In this document: positions 1-17,578 of the stretch, one piece after another
How positions within the stretch are numbered: position 1 is the stretch's first letter
Layout of the letters: every line of letters starts with the position of its first letter
Notes under the pieces: generated by a model
Databases searched by the model: none
Told to the model about the DNA's origin: nothing
Seen by the model: the letters and a program-made list of their open reading frames with translations, nothing else
Program-made: the position numbers and the translations under genes
Assembly (NCBI GenBank): GCA_951406725.2
Contig: OX597842.1
Span: forward strand, 1,736,001-1,800,000
Length of the DNA stretch: 64,000 bases
DNA from: Octopus vulgaris
Taxonomy: Eukaryota
Direction: 5' to 3'

Positions 1-1536
1 AGGGCCGGTTTCCTGGTTTTCTTGGCATATAGGTTCCCCACCTGGACGGGACACTGGTCCGTCGCAGGTGAGCTGCAAGATGCAGGAGGAAAGAGTGAGA
101 GAAATTTGTGGCAAAAGAGTCAGCAGTATATATATGTCTGTGTGTTTGTGTGTCTGTATTTGTCCCCACAACCTCGCTTCACAACCGATGCTGGTGTGTT
201 TACGTCCCTGTAACTTAGCGGTTCAGCAAAAGAGACCGATAGAATAAGTACTAGGCTTACAAAGAATAAGTCCTGGGGGTCAATTTCCTTGACAAAAGGC
301 AGTGCTCCAGCATGGCCGCAGTCAAATGACTGAAACAAGTAAAAGAGTAAAAGTGAAGTTTGCCATTACCTTCTGCCGGAGCCGCGTGGAGCTTAGGTGT
401 TTCACTCAAAAACGCACAGATTGCCCGGTCTGAGATTGAACTTGCGATCCCGCAACCACAAGTCCACTGCTCTAATCACTAGGCCATCTGCCTCCATGGT
501 GGTATTTACTTTATGATGAGTTAGGCCAAACGATAACAACAGTCACCTGACGCTGTATCCAACGGATCCTCTACATCTGATTCCAACTGGAAAATGCTCC
601 GCTTTTTCAGCCTGCGTCTTCACATTCCTTTTAACTAGACCTGGGGTGAATTCATCTTACTTAAAATACTTCAAGGCAGTGCTCCAGCATGGCCTCAGTT
701 GAATGAATGACATAAATAAAAGATTTCTCACAGCATTGTTTTTAATGGAAGTCTGGAATTCTTTTTTAAGCTCATTTTTTTTTTCTTCCGAAACATTGAT
801 ATAAAAACAGAAATATTAATAAACCATTTTTTGATGCCAACCTGCATGTGACCACCCCTAGTTCTGCGATACAAACTACAAACATTTTATTTCAATGTAA
901 TCTAAATTAAAATCTTCCATCAAAATTCTGTTCCAAACACTGCTTCGTTACTAAATTTTCCATTATTTTCATAAATGAAACAAAAGCAGCACATTTCAAC
1001 AAGAATACGGTAACAAAAGAGTTAATTAATTTTAATAACTCACAAATTGATTTAAAAAACAACATTATCTGGAGTAGCTGTGTGGTAAGAAGTCTGCTTC
1101 CCAACCACATCGTTCTGGGTTCAGTCTCCCTGCATGGCACCTTGGAGAAATGGCTTCTATTCTAGCCTCAGGTTATCCAAAGCCTTGTGAGTGGATTTGG
1201 TAGACAGAAATTGAAGTATGGCTCAGTGGTTAGCGCATCAGACTCACAATCATGAGGTAGTGAGTTCGATTCCTGTACCAGGCTGTGTTCTTGAGCAAGA
1301 CACTATTTCACATTTTTCCAGTTCACTCAGCTTTTGAAACAAGTTGTGATATCACTGGTGTTAAGCTGTATTGGGCTTTGCCTTTCCCTTGGATAACATT
1401 GGTGGTGGGGAGAGAGGAGGCTGGTATGGATGGGTGACTGCTGGTCTTCCATAAACAACCTTGCCCAGACTTATGCCTCAGAGGGGAACTTTCTTGGTGC
1501 AATCCCATGGTCATTCATGACCGAAAGGACTCTTTA

Positions 1537-1587
<51 letters not shown>

Positions 1588-1704
1588 GTGAAAGAAGGTT
1601 TGAAAATGCAATTTTAAAAGATGTTTCTTTTAAAATTGCATTTTCAAACCTTCTTTCATATATAATTCCACTCGTGCGGTACCTTACAACTCCACTTTGT
1701 TATA

Positions 1705-1775
<71 letters not shown>

Positions 1776-3018
1776 ATATATATATATATATATATGTACT
1801 ACTAATATAGGATGAAGTTTTTTTTCTCTACAGAAAAAAATCTCATCAAAAAATGTGGCAGAATATTAAAATACCTTTACGGTTAAAATTATAAACAACA
1901 TATAAATAAGAGCTAAAGAAAATTATTTCTATGCCAATATGCTGATAACAGACTTTTAAATCGTCAATTTCCACATGTTATTTACTCACTGTAGAAAAAA
2001 CACGAAGAGCTGAAATTGAGGGAAGCCAGCCACAGTGTGTTTGAGCCTGGAACCATGTGGTTGGTAAGCAAGCTACATACCACACAGCCACTCCTGTACC
2101 TATCTTTTAATTGCTTCAGTCATTTGACTGTGGCCATGCTGGAGCACTGCCAAAAACTGGAAATCTTTTGGTATTGAATCTCCATTACACATGTTTCATT
2201 TTCCAATAGGAATCACAAAATATTTACATATTATATAGACATACATAGGAGTGGCTGTGTAGTAAGTAGCTTGCTTACCAACCACATGGTTCCAGGTTCA
2301 GTCCCACTGCGTGGCACCTTGGGCAAGTATCTACAACTATAGCCTCAGGCCAACCAAAGCCTTGTGAGTGGATTTGGTAGACGGAAACTGAAAGAAGCCC
2401 ATCGTATATATGTGTGTTTGTGTGTCTGTGTCTGTGTCTGTCCCCCCACCATTGCTTGACAACAGATGCTGGTGTGTTTATGTCCCTGTAAGTACAGGAG
2501 TGGCTGTGTGGTATGTAGCTTGCTTACCAGCCACATGGTTCCAGGATCAGACACACTGTGGCTGGCTTCCCTCAATTTCAGCTCTTCGTGTTTTTTCTGT
2601 GGCGAGTAAATAACATGTGGAAATTGACGATTTAAAAGTCTGTTATCAGCATATTGGCATAGAAATAATTTTGCAAAGAATAAGTCCAGGGGTTGATTTG
2701 CTCGACTAAAGGCGGTGCTCCAGCATGGCCACAGTCAAATGACTGAAACAAGTAAAAGAGTAAAAGACATGTAAATCTTTGCAATTCTTACTGGAAAACG
2801 AAACAGGTGCCAAGGAGAAGAGATAACACCAAAAATTTCCCATTTTCTTGTTTTGTTTATTCAACAACTCTGCAAATAATATTTCCATATTCCTCAATTT
2901 TAATGTATATTTTAATTTACATACAACACTAATTATAGATACATATTAATTGTGATAATGGAATAAGTAGATGTGCTTCAAGAGGAAACAGCTGGAACTT
3001 ACCTTAATTACCTATATA

Positions 3019-3066
<48 letters not shown>

Positions 3067-3258
3067 TGAATATAAAGGGCTAAATTATCTTCGTGGACAC
3101 GATAAGTGGTCTCAGTTATTATCCAGGTTACAGCTGACCATATCACATGTGTCAGTCATTTTAACTAAGTAATTATGTGGTATAATTAGCTGTTAAATTA
3201 AAATAAAAGTTTGAAGATGCATCAATTTCCATATTCCTTGTAATAGTTTTGGATATAT

Positions 3259-3307
<49 letters not shown>

Positions 3308-3315
3308 TTTTATAA

Positions 3316-3669
3316 CTAGCAGTATTGCCCGGCGTTACTCGGGTTTGTTTGGAATTTTTGAAAAGTAAAGATTTTACATTATGTAGCTTGTTATTCTCTT
3401 TAAGTGAACATTTTTCTGGTTGAAATATACCGAAAACTGGTGACACAGCAGTAAAAAAATCGTAAAAAATAGGGATTTTCATAGAAAAAAAGCACCTTTT
3501 TGATGTAAATAATTTTTGATGGTAGCATGGTCTGATTTGAATTTTTTCTTCTATGGAAAGAAGGGCAAGCCTTCTTCTATCATACTCTCAATTTTGGTCA
3601 ACTTGTGTCACAGGGTCTCAGAGGAGATAGTGCCATACACAGACAACTTCTGCTTTATATATAGAGAGA
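3316..3669 (-). mobile_element. Non-autonomous Helitron
   Basis: 5' TC, 3' hairpin plus CTAG, inserted at A|T. Same family as 41156-41549. Confidence 0.75.
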
Positions 3670-3946
3670 TTATACACATAATTATAACAAGGGGTCAGCT
3701 TTATGCCTCACCATGCATCTTTTTACTACTTGAAGGTAGTAAAAAGGACTTTAGCCTTCTATGTCTTAGAGTGCATGGTGAAGCATAAAGCTGACCCCTT
3801 GTTATAATTATATTCTTACTCTTTACCCTTTTACTTGTTTCAGTAATTTGACTGGAGCACCACCTTTAGTCGAGCAAACTGACCCCAGGACTTATACTTT
3901 GTAAGTGTTCATTTTCTTATATTTATGAAACAAGTAACATAACAGA

Positions 3947-3991
<45 letters not shown>

Positions 3992-4921
3992 TGCCCTCTA
4001 TGCCAAATAAAGTTTACAAACAATTTAAGCTTTGCTAGACAAAGAGAGGAAGAATCCTAAAAAAGTCGATCAATCCAGAGATCTTTATAAACTTGAGGGA
4101 AGACGTATTCAGTCATTGCCCTCATCTAAAATGTTTCCTACTTCAGACTTGTAATTCCCCATTTGTTAAATAATCCCACCTCAGCTCCTTTGAATATCAC
4201 CACATCTGGAGCCTATGTAAGGAAGTTAAACCCATCCAGCCACAGCATGGACAGTTATTTTTCGTTTATAAAACTTACTGATTGTTAGGTATTTCTACCT
4301 CTTGATAAATAAGTACTAGGATTGACTTCTTTGACAAAACTACTTTTGGGCAGTGCTCCAGCTTGAAACAAGTAAAACATGATATACACACAAACATATG
4401 TATGTATGTATGTATGAATGTGTATAATAGACTTGTATGTCTATTCCTGTATACTAATACATTTGTTTGTTTGTACTCCACCTGTCTTCGTCTTTTGTAT
4501 ATTTTCGTAAACCTTCCCGTTATATATATATATATATATAAATTTATAAATAAGGATAAGATCGAATTTAAATATTGACCTTATCAAGTGGCCAGCATGG
4601 GAATAAAAACCTTCAATGGTAATAATTATTATTAAAATTATAATTTAGGGTATCTAAGAGATACTACCACACTGGAAACAGCAGCCAAAACTTGACTCTA
4701 AAACCACATTAAATGTTCATACAGCACTAGTGCTGCTATTTAGTAACGAAGCAGTGTTTGGAACAAAATTTTGATGGAAGATTTTAATTTAGATTACACT
4801 GAAATAAAATGTTTGTAGTTTGTATTGCAGAACTAGGGGTGGTCACATGCAGGTTGGCATCAAAAACTGGTTTATTAATATTTCTGTTTTTATATCAATT
4901 AGATACCCTAAATTATAATTA

Positions 4922-4972
<51 letters not shown>

Positions 4973-5006
4973 AATGTAAGATGGAATATTCAAAAATTTA
5001 TTATTA

Positions 5007-5112
5007 ATCACGACAGTTGTTTTGACACATCTAACATTGACCCCTCCTGGGTGGGAAACTCAACAACTGGTTCAGGAGTATCCGGTGGTTCAGATGTATC
5101 TCGACAGGTGAT
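5007..5112 (-). ncRNA. Degenerate type I hammerhead ribozyme at the PLE 3' end
   Basis: Minus strand: atcac-CTGTCGA-gatacatct...agatgtgtc-AAAA-caactg-TC-gtgat. Stems I and II pair; the core has A6U and G12A changes. Confidence 0.65.
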
Positions 5113-5530
5113 ATATAAATATAACTCATTAAAATAACAGTTCCGCAATGTAACTTTCCGTTTTGTAGAGAGAAAAGCAGCCAGACGGAGGAAATATCTT
5201 CATTTATATAGAAGATCAAAAATATAATCGCAGATGAGAAAAAAAGAGAAATGAACACTCAATCCAGTGAGGAAAGTATTAAAAATAACTGTTAACAGAT
5301 ATGGATGTATAAACGCCCTTGGGTAAGCTGCATGGCGCAAGTACACTCACTCATACAAACATGCATGAAAATATGAGCATACATACACATGAGGTTTGGT
5401 GCACTCACGATCACAAAACAAGCTGACTATCTACTTGGTGTTTGTAAGAATAGGGAAGTTAAAAGTAAACTTAAGTCATCCATGCATTAAGGTAACTTAG
5501 ATTCTGTTAATGGTTACTCAAAATTCATTC

Positions 5531-5960
5531 TCACTGCATTTGTGCAAAAGTACATTTATATGCGTGTAGGTATCTTGAGAGTCATTCAGAAATTCTATTA
5601 ATTATTTTCTCATTAGTTCACAGAATAGACAGGGATTCTTTGGAGCAGAGACGGCATCTCCTGGAAATTATATTGTATGGTTTCGCATACCTTACTATGG
5701 ACCAATTAATGCTGTACTTCATTTTCTCCTCCTTCAGTCACCATACAGAATCTGCCAAAGATGTTGAATGTCTCTTATTGATTGTCTTAAAGCTGGCAAC
5801 ATGGTTATGATAACGATTCTTAAATGAATCAGCTGTCTGCCCAATGTAAACATATGGCCCTCCCCTTGTTTGCTTGGTACATTTATATACAAGATTTGTA
5901 CTCATACAGAGGTTCATCAAAGGACATTTTGATTTACCTCTGCATGAGCATTTATCGTAT
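5531..5960 (-). pseudogene. PLE GIY-YIG endonuclease remnant
   Basis: CSCRGKSKCPLMNLCMSTNLVYKC...YVYIGQTADSFKNRYHNHVASF...STSLADSVW*LK...INWSIV...CRLCSKE..., with in-frame TGA stops at 5738, 5618 and 5582. Confidence 0.88.
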
Positions 5961-6564
5961 TCATCTCCATATAAAGGCAGTCCCAACTCCATTTACTGGT
6001 GCTGTTACCATGTTAGCTGTTTCATAAGTATTTCTACTACTACAATTTGGTGCAATTGGTGTGTAACATTGCGGTTAACATCTCCTTGGTTGGTACTTAG
6101 ATGCCAATATCCACTAGATTCAGTAGGTGGGTTATTGAACCCTTCCTGCATTTTGCTATTGTTTATGTGATGCATAAGCTGCTCTGAATTAGCAAAGTTG
6201 ACAGACGATACCTTCATGGTGTACCAATTAAAAAATAGCTTGATACTAATTAGATGTAGAAAAACATTTGTCCAAGCAGCAAAAGTTTTCTACCAAATAT
6301 TGGGTTGAACCAGAGGACATCCTGGTTCCTATATCTGTTGTTAGGATATTTGATTGAGTGTGTTGTACAGGATTGGAACAAGCAGTTGGATTATTATGTC
6401 GTGAGTGTCTATGAGTTTTCGCTGGTAGTTCATTGACATGACCAATTCTTCCTGGCCTGTATTCTCTTTCTGAGTGAGTACTCAAACCGTAACATTGTGG
6501 TAGTGTACAATGTGCATCAAAGTTACAGGAATTATCAATGTTGTGTATGCCTGCTTCTTGTATA

Positions 6565-6789
6565 TACTCTTTTACTCTCTCTTTTACTCTTTTACTTGTT
6601 TCAGTCATTTGACTGTGGCCATGCTGGAGTACCGCCTTTAGTCGAGCATATCGACCCCAGGACTTACACTTTGTAAGCCAAGTACTTATTCTATCGGTCT
6701 CTTTTGCTGAACTGCTAAGTTACGGGGACGAAAACACACCAGCATCGATGCTGGGGGGGGGGGGGTCAAACACAGACACACAAACATAC

Positions 6790-6820
<31 letters not shown>

Positions 6821-6995
6821 CACATATATACGATGGGCTTCTTTCAGTTTCTGTCTACCAAATTCACTCACAAGGCTTTGGTCAGCCTGAGGCTATAGTA
6901 GAAGACACTTGCCCAAGTTGCCACATACTGGGACGGAACCCAGAACCATGTTGTTGGTAAGCCAGCTACTTACCACACAGCCACTGCTACACCTA
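6565..6995 (-). mobile_element. ~430-bp tRNA-derived CORE-type SINE, the dominant family; this copy is nested in the PLE
   Basis: Head with A box TGGCTGTGTGG and B-box-like GGTTC, CORE-like (c/a)CTTGGGCAAGT, internal TA/TG microsatellite, tail CTCCAGCATGGCC(G/A)CAGTC...GAAACAAGTAAAAGA. Near-full copies at ~2245-2766, 12425-12852, 15856-16263, 21655-22070, 25845-26218, 26744-27145, 28780-29125, 39747-40235, 43055-43478, 48480-48805, 49768-50172, 51177-51590, 55042-55470, 55706-56115 and 57710-58110, plus many fragments. Confidence 0.88.
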
Positions 6996-7002
6996 TTGAA
7001 TT

Positions 7003-7361
7003 CTATTCACGGTACCCAGCCCTAGCTAGAGCAGCATTAAAATAAGTTGCATGTAATTCGAAAATTTCATAATTAGCAGATAATCTAGAAATTCTTGCAG
7101 AAATATTCTTAACTAGTCCCCATATAATTGAAGGTGGATGGTTGGACGCTATGTTAATGTGCTTAATATGATCATTTGGCTTATGAAATGGTTCAAATAA
7201 TCCCGTATCAAGACAGAAGGTAGCATTAAGAAAATTTACCCTACGATTATCTTTACCTGTAGTAGTGTTTAATCCTAAATTTTTGAAAAGTCTAAAGAAA
7301 TTTCTGCTACGTCTTTCTGACTGTATTTTGCTTCTTCTGTCCAGAAAAAATAAGGCATCAT

Positions 7362-7368
<7 letters not shown>
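7003..7368 (-). pseudogene. PLE reverse transcriptase C-terminal remnant
   Basis: Open 121-aa frame absent from the ORF track: [121 protein letters not shown]. Confidence 0.88.
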
Positions 7369-7429
<61 letters not shown>

Positions 7430-7450
7430 TATGCATATATATATATATGC

Positions 7451-7502
<52 letters not shown>

Positions 7503-7506
<4 letters not shown>

Positions 7507-7689
7507 CCGGGTTGATTCGGGTTAACCACAGTAAGTAAGGTACTCAATACATAGCAGAGTAAAATTAATTTATTATATAGAAGGAGTTCACAGGACTAGT
7601 ACTGTTTCATTCAAGAGAAATCTTCAGGAAGCTTCCTGAAGATTTCTCTTGAATGAAACAGTACTATATCCTGTAGAACTCCTTCTATA

Positions 7690-7694
<5 letters not shown>
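7503..7694. mobile_element. (TA)n-embedded fold-back element carrying two divergent hammerhead motifs
   Basis: Palindrome 7570-7694 centred on AAGCTT (7629-7634). + arm: ttc-CTGAAGA-tttctcttgaat-GAAA-cag-loop-ctg-TA-gaa. The minus arm is the same but lacks the cleavage-site nucleotide. Confidence 0.75.
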
Positions 7695-12160
<4,466 letters not shown>

Positions 12161-12637
12161 AATAATATACACTTGCAATGAATTTGTTGTGAATAGTGTG
12201 GGGTGTGCAAGGTAGGGGCTGGTCCTGCGAGTTTTACATCACATGACCAGGCTTGGAAATGAATCATCATGCTACAAGGAAGAACTATCTTTTTGGATAT
12301 TCTTTGGGAGTGTCTGCAGAGAGCCAGGCAGCAGCATACAGGGAGGAAGAACTTGTGTGCCGGAAACTTCCACCAGTGGGGGTGAGATAGCAACTGGTGG
12401 TGATGCTGTGATAGACGTTGTTGTATACTCTTTTACTCTTTTACTCGTTTCAGTCATTTGACTGCGGCCATGCTGGAGCACTGCCTTTTAGTCGAGCAAA
12501 TCGACCCCGGGATTTATTCTTTGTAAGCCCAGTACTTATTCCATGGGTCTCTTTTGCTGAACCGCTAAGTGACGGGGACGTAAACACACCAGCATCGGTT
12601 GTCAAGCAATGCTAGGGGGACAAACACAGACACACAA

Positions 12638-12692
<55 letters not shown>

Positions 12693-13320
12693 TACAACAG
12701 GCTTCTTTCAGTTTCCGTCTACCAAATCCACTTACAAGGCATTGGTCGGCCCGGCGCTATATCAGAAGACACTTGCCCAAGATGCCACGCAGTGGGACTG
12801 AACCCTGAACCATGTGGTTGGTTAGCAAGTTACTTACCACACAGCCACTCCTACACCTTGATGTCTTTTGTTTAACCCCTGGTCAGTCCTGATCTGGTCC
12901 AACAGACTTATGATCAAGCATGTTCCAGCTGTGTCACCGTGTATCTAGGACTACACCATCTAATGTATAATTTAGTAGTTAGTGGATATAATTATTGTTG
13001 TTTAGCCCTGGGTTAGTCCTGATCTGGGTAGATGTCTCACTGATCATGTCCCAGCTGCAGCCATCCCATCCTTTATTCATATATGTTGTACCTAGGACTG
13101 AAGGTGGATGGCTAAGTGGTTAAGGTATTTGGCTTACAATAACATGATCATGTGTTCAATTCCTGGCAGTGCATTCTGTCCTTGAGCAAGTCATTTTATT
13201 TCACATTGCTCCAGTCCACTCTGCTGGCAAAAATATTTTGTTGTGCCTGGGGAGAGTCAGTTTCTTTTTGTGCCTTATTATTTAACACACACACTGGTAA
13301 AGTTTCCATTCATTTACTTA

Positions 13321-13364
<44 letters not shown>

Positions 13365-13365
<1 letters not shown>

Positions 13366-13840
13366 GTTTAACGTCTGCTTTCCATGCTAGCATGGGTTGG
13401 ACGATTTGACTGAGGACTGGCAAACAAGACGGCTGCACCAGGCTCTAATCTGATCTGGCAGAATTTCTACAGCTGGATAACCCTTACTAACGCCAACCAC
13501 ACCTAAATTGTAGTGGGTGCTTTTACATGCCAGTCAGGCAGTACTAGCAATGGCCAGGCTCAAATGGTGTTATTTACGTGCCACCTGCACAGGAGCCAGT
13601 CCAGTGGCACTGGAGGCAACCTCACTCGAATGTTTTTTCATGTGCCACCGGCACAGGTGCCAGTAAGGCGACGCTGGTAACGATCATGCTCGAATGGTAC
13701 TTTTTACATGCCACTGGCACAGAAGCCAGTTAGCTGCTCTGGCAACGATCATGCTTAGATGGTACTCTTAGTGCTCCACTGGCACGGATGCCAGTCATCG
13801 AATTTGATTTCAATTTCACATGCCTCAACAGGTCTTTGCA
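13365..13840 (-). mobile_element. SINE-like element with an RTE-type 3' tail and internal ~55-bp repeats
   Basis: Tail ccaacccatgctagcatggaaagc..acgttaaac(gat)n. Copies at ~22620-23060, 29390-29705, 33560-33805, 44385-44660 and 51785-52220. Confidence 0.7.
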
Positions 13841-14141
13841 ATTTTTCTAAAATTTTCATTACATCTTGCAACTTTTTTCAATAGTCATTGACTCTGTTAT
13901 CTGAACTGCATTCTTTTTGTTAGTTTGTGTGCACGTGTGTGGGTCAGTGAGTGTGTTAAATTATAAGGCACTAAAAGAGAATGACTCTCCCCAGGCACAT
14001 CAAAACATGCTTTAACACACAAACTCACATAAAGAATCTTGTAAACCAAATCCAAAAATGAAGTGGCAAAAATGTGTTTATTTCAAAAAGCCAGTCTTGT
14101 CACATTCTTGTCATGCTAACTCTCCCTGATAACTACATTAA

Positions 14142-14614
14142 CCCTTTTATTACCAACCCAGCTGAAACCAGCTCTGGTTCTGAGTACAAATGTCTCGTTT
14201 TCATAGGTTTTGAATTAAAATCTTCCACCAAACCTTAGTCACAATTTATGTTCCTAACACTAGCTTAATGATAACTAAGTTATTTTACTAAATTCTTTGT
14301 TATATTTAAAATTAATTGAAAGAACCACAGAGCATCTCAACAGAAATATGGTAATGAAAGGGTTAAAATATATAATAGAGAAACAATTCTTAACCCTTTT
14401 GATACCAACCTGGCTGAAACCGGCTCTGGCTCTGAGTACAAATGTCTCGTTTTCATAGGTTTTGAATTAAAATCTTCCACCAAACCTTAGTCACAATTTA
14501 TGTTCCCAACATTAGCTTCATGATGACTAAGTTATTTTACTAAATTCTTTGTTATATTTAAAATTAATTGAAAGAAACACAGAGCATCTCAATAGCAATA
14601 TGGTAACAAAAGGG
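14142..14614. mobile_element. Two adjacent 221-bp piggyBac-type MITEs (14142-14362, 14394-14614)
   Basis: Each is bounded by TTAA with CCCTTTT(G/A)..ACCA terminal inverted repeats. Decayed relatives at ~820-1027, 37950-38370, 39480-39690 and 40460-41150. Confidence 0.8.
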
Positions 14615-16469
14615 TTAAGGGTATGCGTGTCTGTGGAGTGCTCAGCCACTTGCACGTTAATTTAACAAAGCACACTGTTCTGTTGATTGGATCAACTGGG
14701 ACTCTCGTCATTGTATCCTATGGTGTGCCAGTGTCCTTGAGCAAGACACTTCACTCCACATTACTCCAGTCCACTCAGCTGACAAAAATAAGTTTTACCT
14801 TTAATCCAAAAAGGCCACCCTTATCATATTGTGTCATGCTAAATCTCCCTGAGAACTACATAAAGAGTACACGTTGTGTCTGTGGAGTACTCAGCCACTT
14901 GCACATTAATTTCATGAGCAGACTGTCCCATTGACCAGACCAACTGGAACCTTTGTCATCATATCGGTGATTATCATAGTTTTTTTAGCCCCAGGTCAGT
15001 CCTGATCCACCAGCGAGATCTATAGTCAAAGATGTTCATGCAGTGACCATTCTGTCTTTTATTGAGGCATAGTGTACCTAGGATTACATTATCTTATGTA
15101 TACTATAGCAGTGGTATTAGTTGTTGATGTTTAGCCCCAGGTAACTCTGATCCCAGCCGACCTATGATGAAGGCTGTTCCATCTGTGACCATCCCATCTT
15201 TTATTCAGACATAGTGTATCTGGGACTACACGATCCAATGTACAGCATAGTTATTAGTATTACTGGCTATTGTTGCTGCTTAGCCTTGGATCAGTCATGA
15301 TCCAGCAGACTGATGATTGAAGACATTCCAGCCATGACCAACCCATCATTTACTGAGACATTGCATAACACGTTAAACATCTATAAAATATATTTTCTCA
15401 AGACAAATACCAAAGTAGCATGACATTCTTACAATATATCTACATTAAGTACATTATACAGATTGCTATTTAGTACTAATACTTTTTCTGTTGCCGATAA
15501 TAAATTCTTAGCCGTTCTACAAGCTATTAGCATAAAACCATTGACTTATTAATCACTATTTTTATATATATCAGCAGAGGGGAAATTTGTCGAAGCATGC
15601 AGTGAATGTAGATATTTGCTGCTGATGACGCACGATTTTGCAGAAATCCCGTGATCTACCAGTTCCACTGCTGTTGCTGAATTCTTTTTGTCTGCCACTG
15701 ATGCTTCTGTGCATTTTAGCACTATATATCTGCTGAAGATTCCCTCTCAAGATATACACCATATATCCTTGTCAGATTGGTGTATAAGAAGTTTCGTCTT
15801 AGTATATGGTGTTATTATTTTCCCCTGATGAAGGAGTCATTAACGTAATGCACCGTTACTCTCTTTTACTCTTTTACTTGTTTCAGTCATTTGACCGTGG
15901 CCATGCTGGAGCACCGCCTTTAATCGAGCAACTCGACCCCGGGAATTATTCTTTTCTAAGCCCAGTACTTATTCTATCGGTCTCTTTTGCCGAACCGCTA
16001 AGTAATGCTAGGGGACATAAACACACCAGCATCGGTTGTCAAGCAATGCTAGGGGGACAAACACACACACGTATATATATATATATATATACATATATAC
16101 GATGGGCTTCTTTCAGTTTCCGTCTATCAAATCCACCCACAAGGCTTTGGTCGGCCCGAGGCTATAGTAGAAAACACTTGCCCAAGGTGCCATGCAGTGG
16201 AACTGAACCTGGAACTATGTGGTTGGTAAACAAGCTACTTACCACACAGCCACTCCTGCGCCTATTTGCTGCTGATGACACACGATTTTGCAGAAATCCT
16301 GTGATCTAACACTTCCACTGCTGTTGCTGAATTCTTTCGTCAGCTACTGATACTTCTGTGCATTTTAGCACTATATATCTACTGAAGATTCCCTCTCAAG
16401 ATATACACCATATATTCATGTTAGATTGGTGTCTAAGAAGTCTTGTCTTTGTATGTGGTGTTATTATTT

Positions 16470-16549
16470 TCCCCTGATGAAGGAGTCATTACTATAATGC
16501 ACCCTCATGCATTAACTACGTTGATGAACCCCTGAAATAGCCATAGGGA
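16470..16549 (+). ncRNA. Degenerate type I hammerhead ribozyme
   Basis: tccc-CTGATGA-agg...cct-GAAA-tagcca-TA-ggga. Stem III tagcca is what CpG decay of a palindromic cggccg would give. Confidence 0.6.
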
Positions 16550-17085
16550 CTGTAAATATTGTTTTTTTTTGCTTGGACACCACCTTTTCTTAAAAGGTTT
16601 CCTTCTTTCTTAAAAAGTAACTTTTTATCGTAAAAAATTCTTAATCGATGAACCTTTATGTATTTATGTTTCTTATGTATACGTATTTTTATATTTTCAT
16701 ATATTTATTATTTTAGGTTTTATAATGTTAAAAAGAAAAAATTTTAGATGCCGAAGTATTCATTTTTTAATTTTTTATATTGCGATAGACTGTATCCACT
16801 TTTTCTATATGCTTGTCTAAATGAAATATTGTTTCATCTTCTGAGATTTTATGCATCTGTATTCTATGTATAAGAAAAAGCATTATTTTTTTTTTTTTTG
16901 ATGTGATTAAATGCTCAAGATGTGATATGTTAAGTGGATGACCTTAAATCTGTTGTTTACTCTACAACCAAAGTTTGTTAAACTCATCTCATTTACTTGA
17001 GCACTTCTCTTGCAGTCCTATTAACCCTCTTGTTCCTGATAAGAAACAACCACTATTATATATATATATATATACACCACACACA

Positions 17086-17578
17086 CGAGGGGCGTTCAAT
17101 AAGTAATACCCCTGACCCACTTCCCATAGCAGTAGAGCAATGAAACTTGGTACAGTTATTAGTCTTTTTCTACATAGGAACCACCCAGAGTTACGCATTT
17201 CTCCCATCGTTTGATGCAGCTCTGGAGACCGTTTTTGTAGAAGACCCCAGCTTGGTCCTCCAACGTGAACGCGACTTCAGAAATCAAGGCTGCATCATCT
17301 GGGAAACGCTTTCCTTTCAAAAACAACTTCATGACTGGGAAGAGGTGAAAATCAGAGGGTGCAAAGTCAGGAAAGTAGGGGAGATGGGGAGGAGTTCATA
17401 GCCATACGCCTGTGCTTCTGATCTGGCGACACGCGAGTTGTGGACCGGAGCGTTGTCCTGCAGGAGGAGGATGCCTTTGCTGATCTTGCCCCGCCTCTTG
17501 ATTTTGATAACTTCTCTTAATTTCCTCAAAAGTGAAGCATAATAGGCTCCTGCAATTGTGGTACCCTTTGCCAGGAAA
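17086..17578 (-). mobile_element. Mariner transposon 3' remnant
   Basis: TIR-like CGAGGGGCGTTCAATAAGTAAT at 17086. Frameshifted transposase YYASLLRKLRE...LLLQDNAPVH...PDFAPSDFHLFP...RWEKCVTLGGSYVEKD* ending at 17159. Confidence 0.9.

Larger units (their letters stand above)
4969..7368 (-). mobile_element. 5'-truncated, decayed Penelope-like retroelement (Naiad-type) inserted in a (TA)n tract and interrupted by a SINE
   Basis: In order on the minus strand: RT YRDD...VNFL...SNHPPSII...AALARAGY, linker motifs DVLWFNP and TMKVS, Cys knuckle CSCRGKSKCPLMNLC, GIY-YIG domain, then a 3' region with a hammerhead remnant. Flanked by (TA)n at 4928-4968 and 7366-7502. Confidence 0.85.

Noticed and set aside
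5531-5740. Three in-frame TGA codons in a Naiad-type GIY-YIG domain, suggesting selenocysteine recoding as reported for some Naiad elements
   Set aside because: The TGAs fall at non-cysteine positions (W*L, L*T, E*L) while the conserved Cys are TGC/TGT. CGA>TGA CpG decay explains them, the element is frameshifted elsewhere, and I saw no SECIS.
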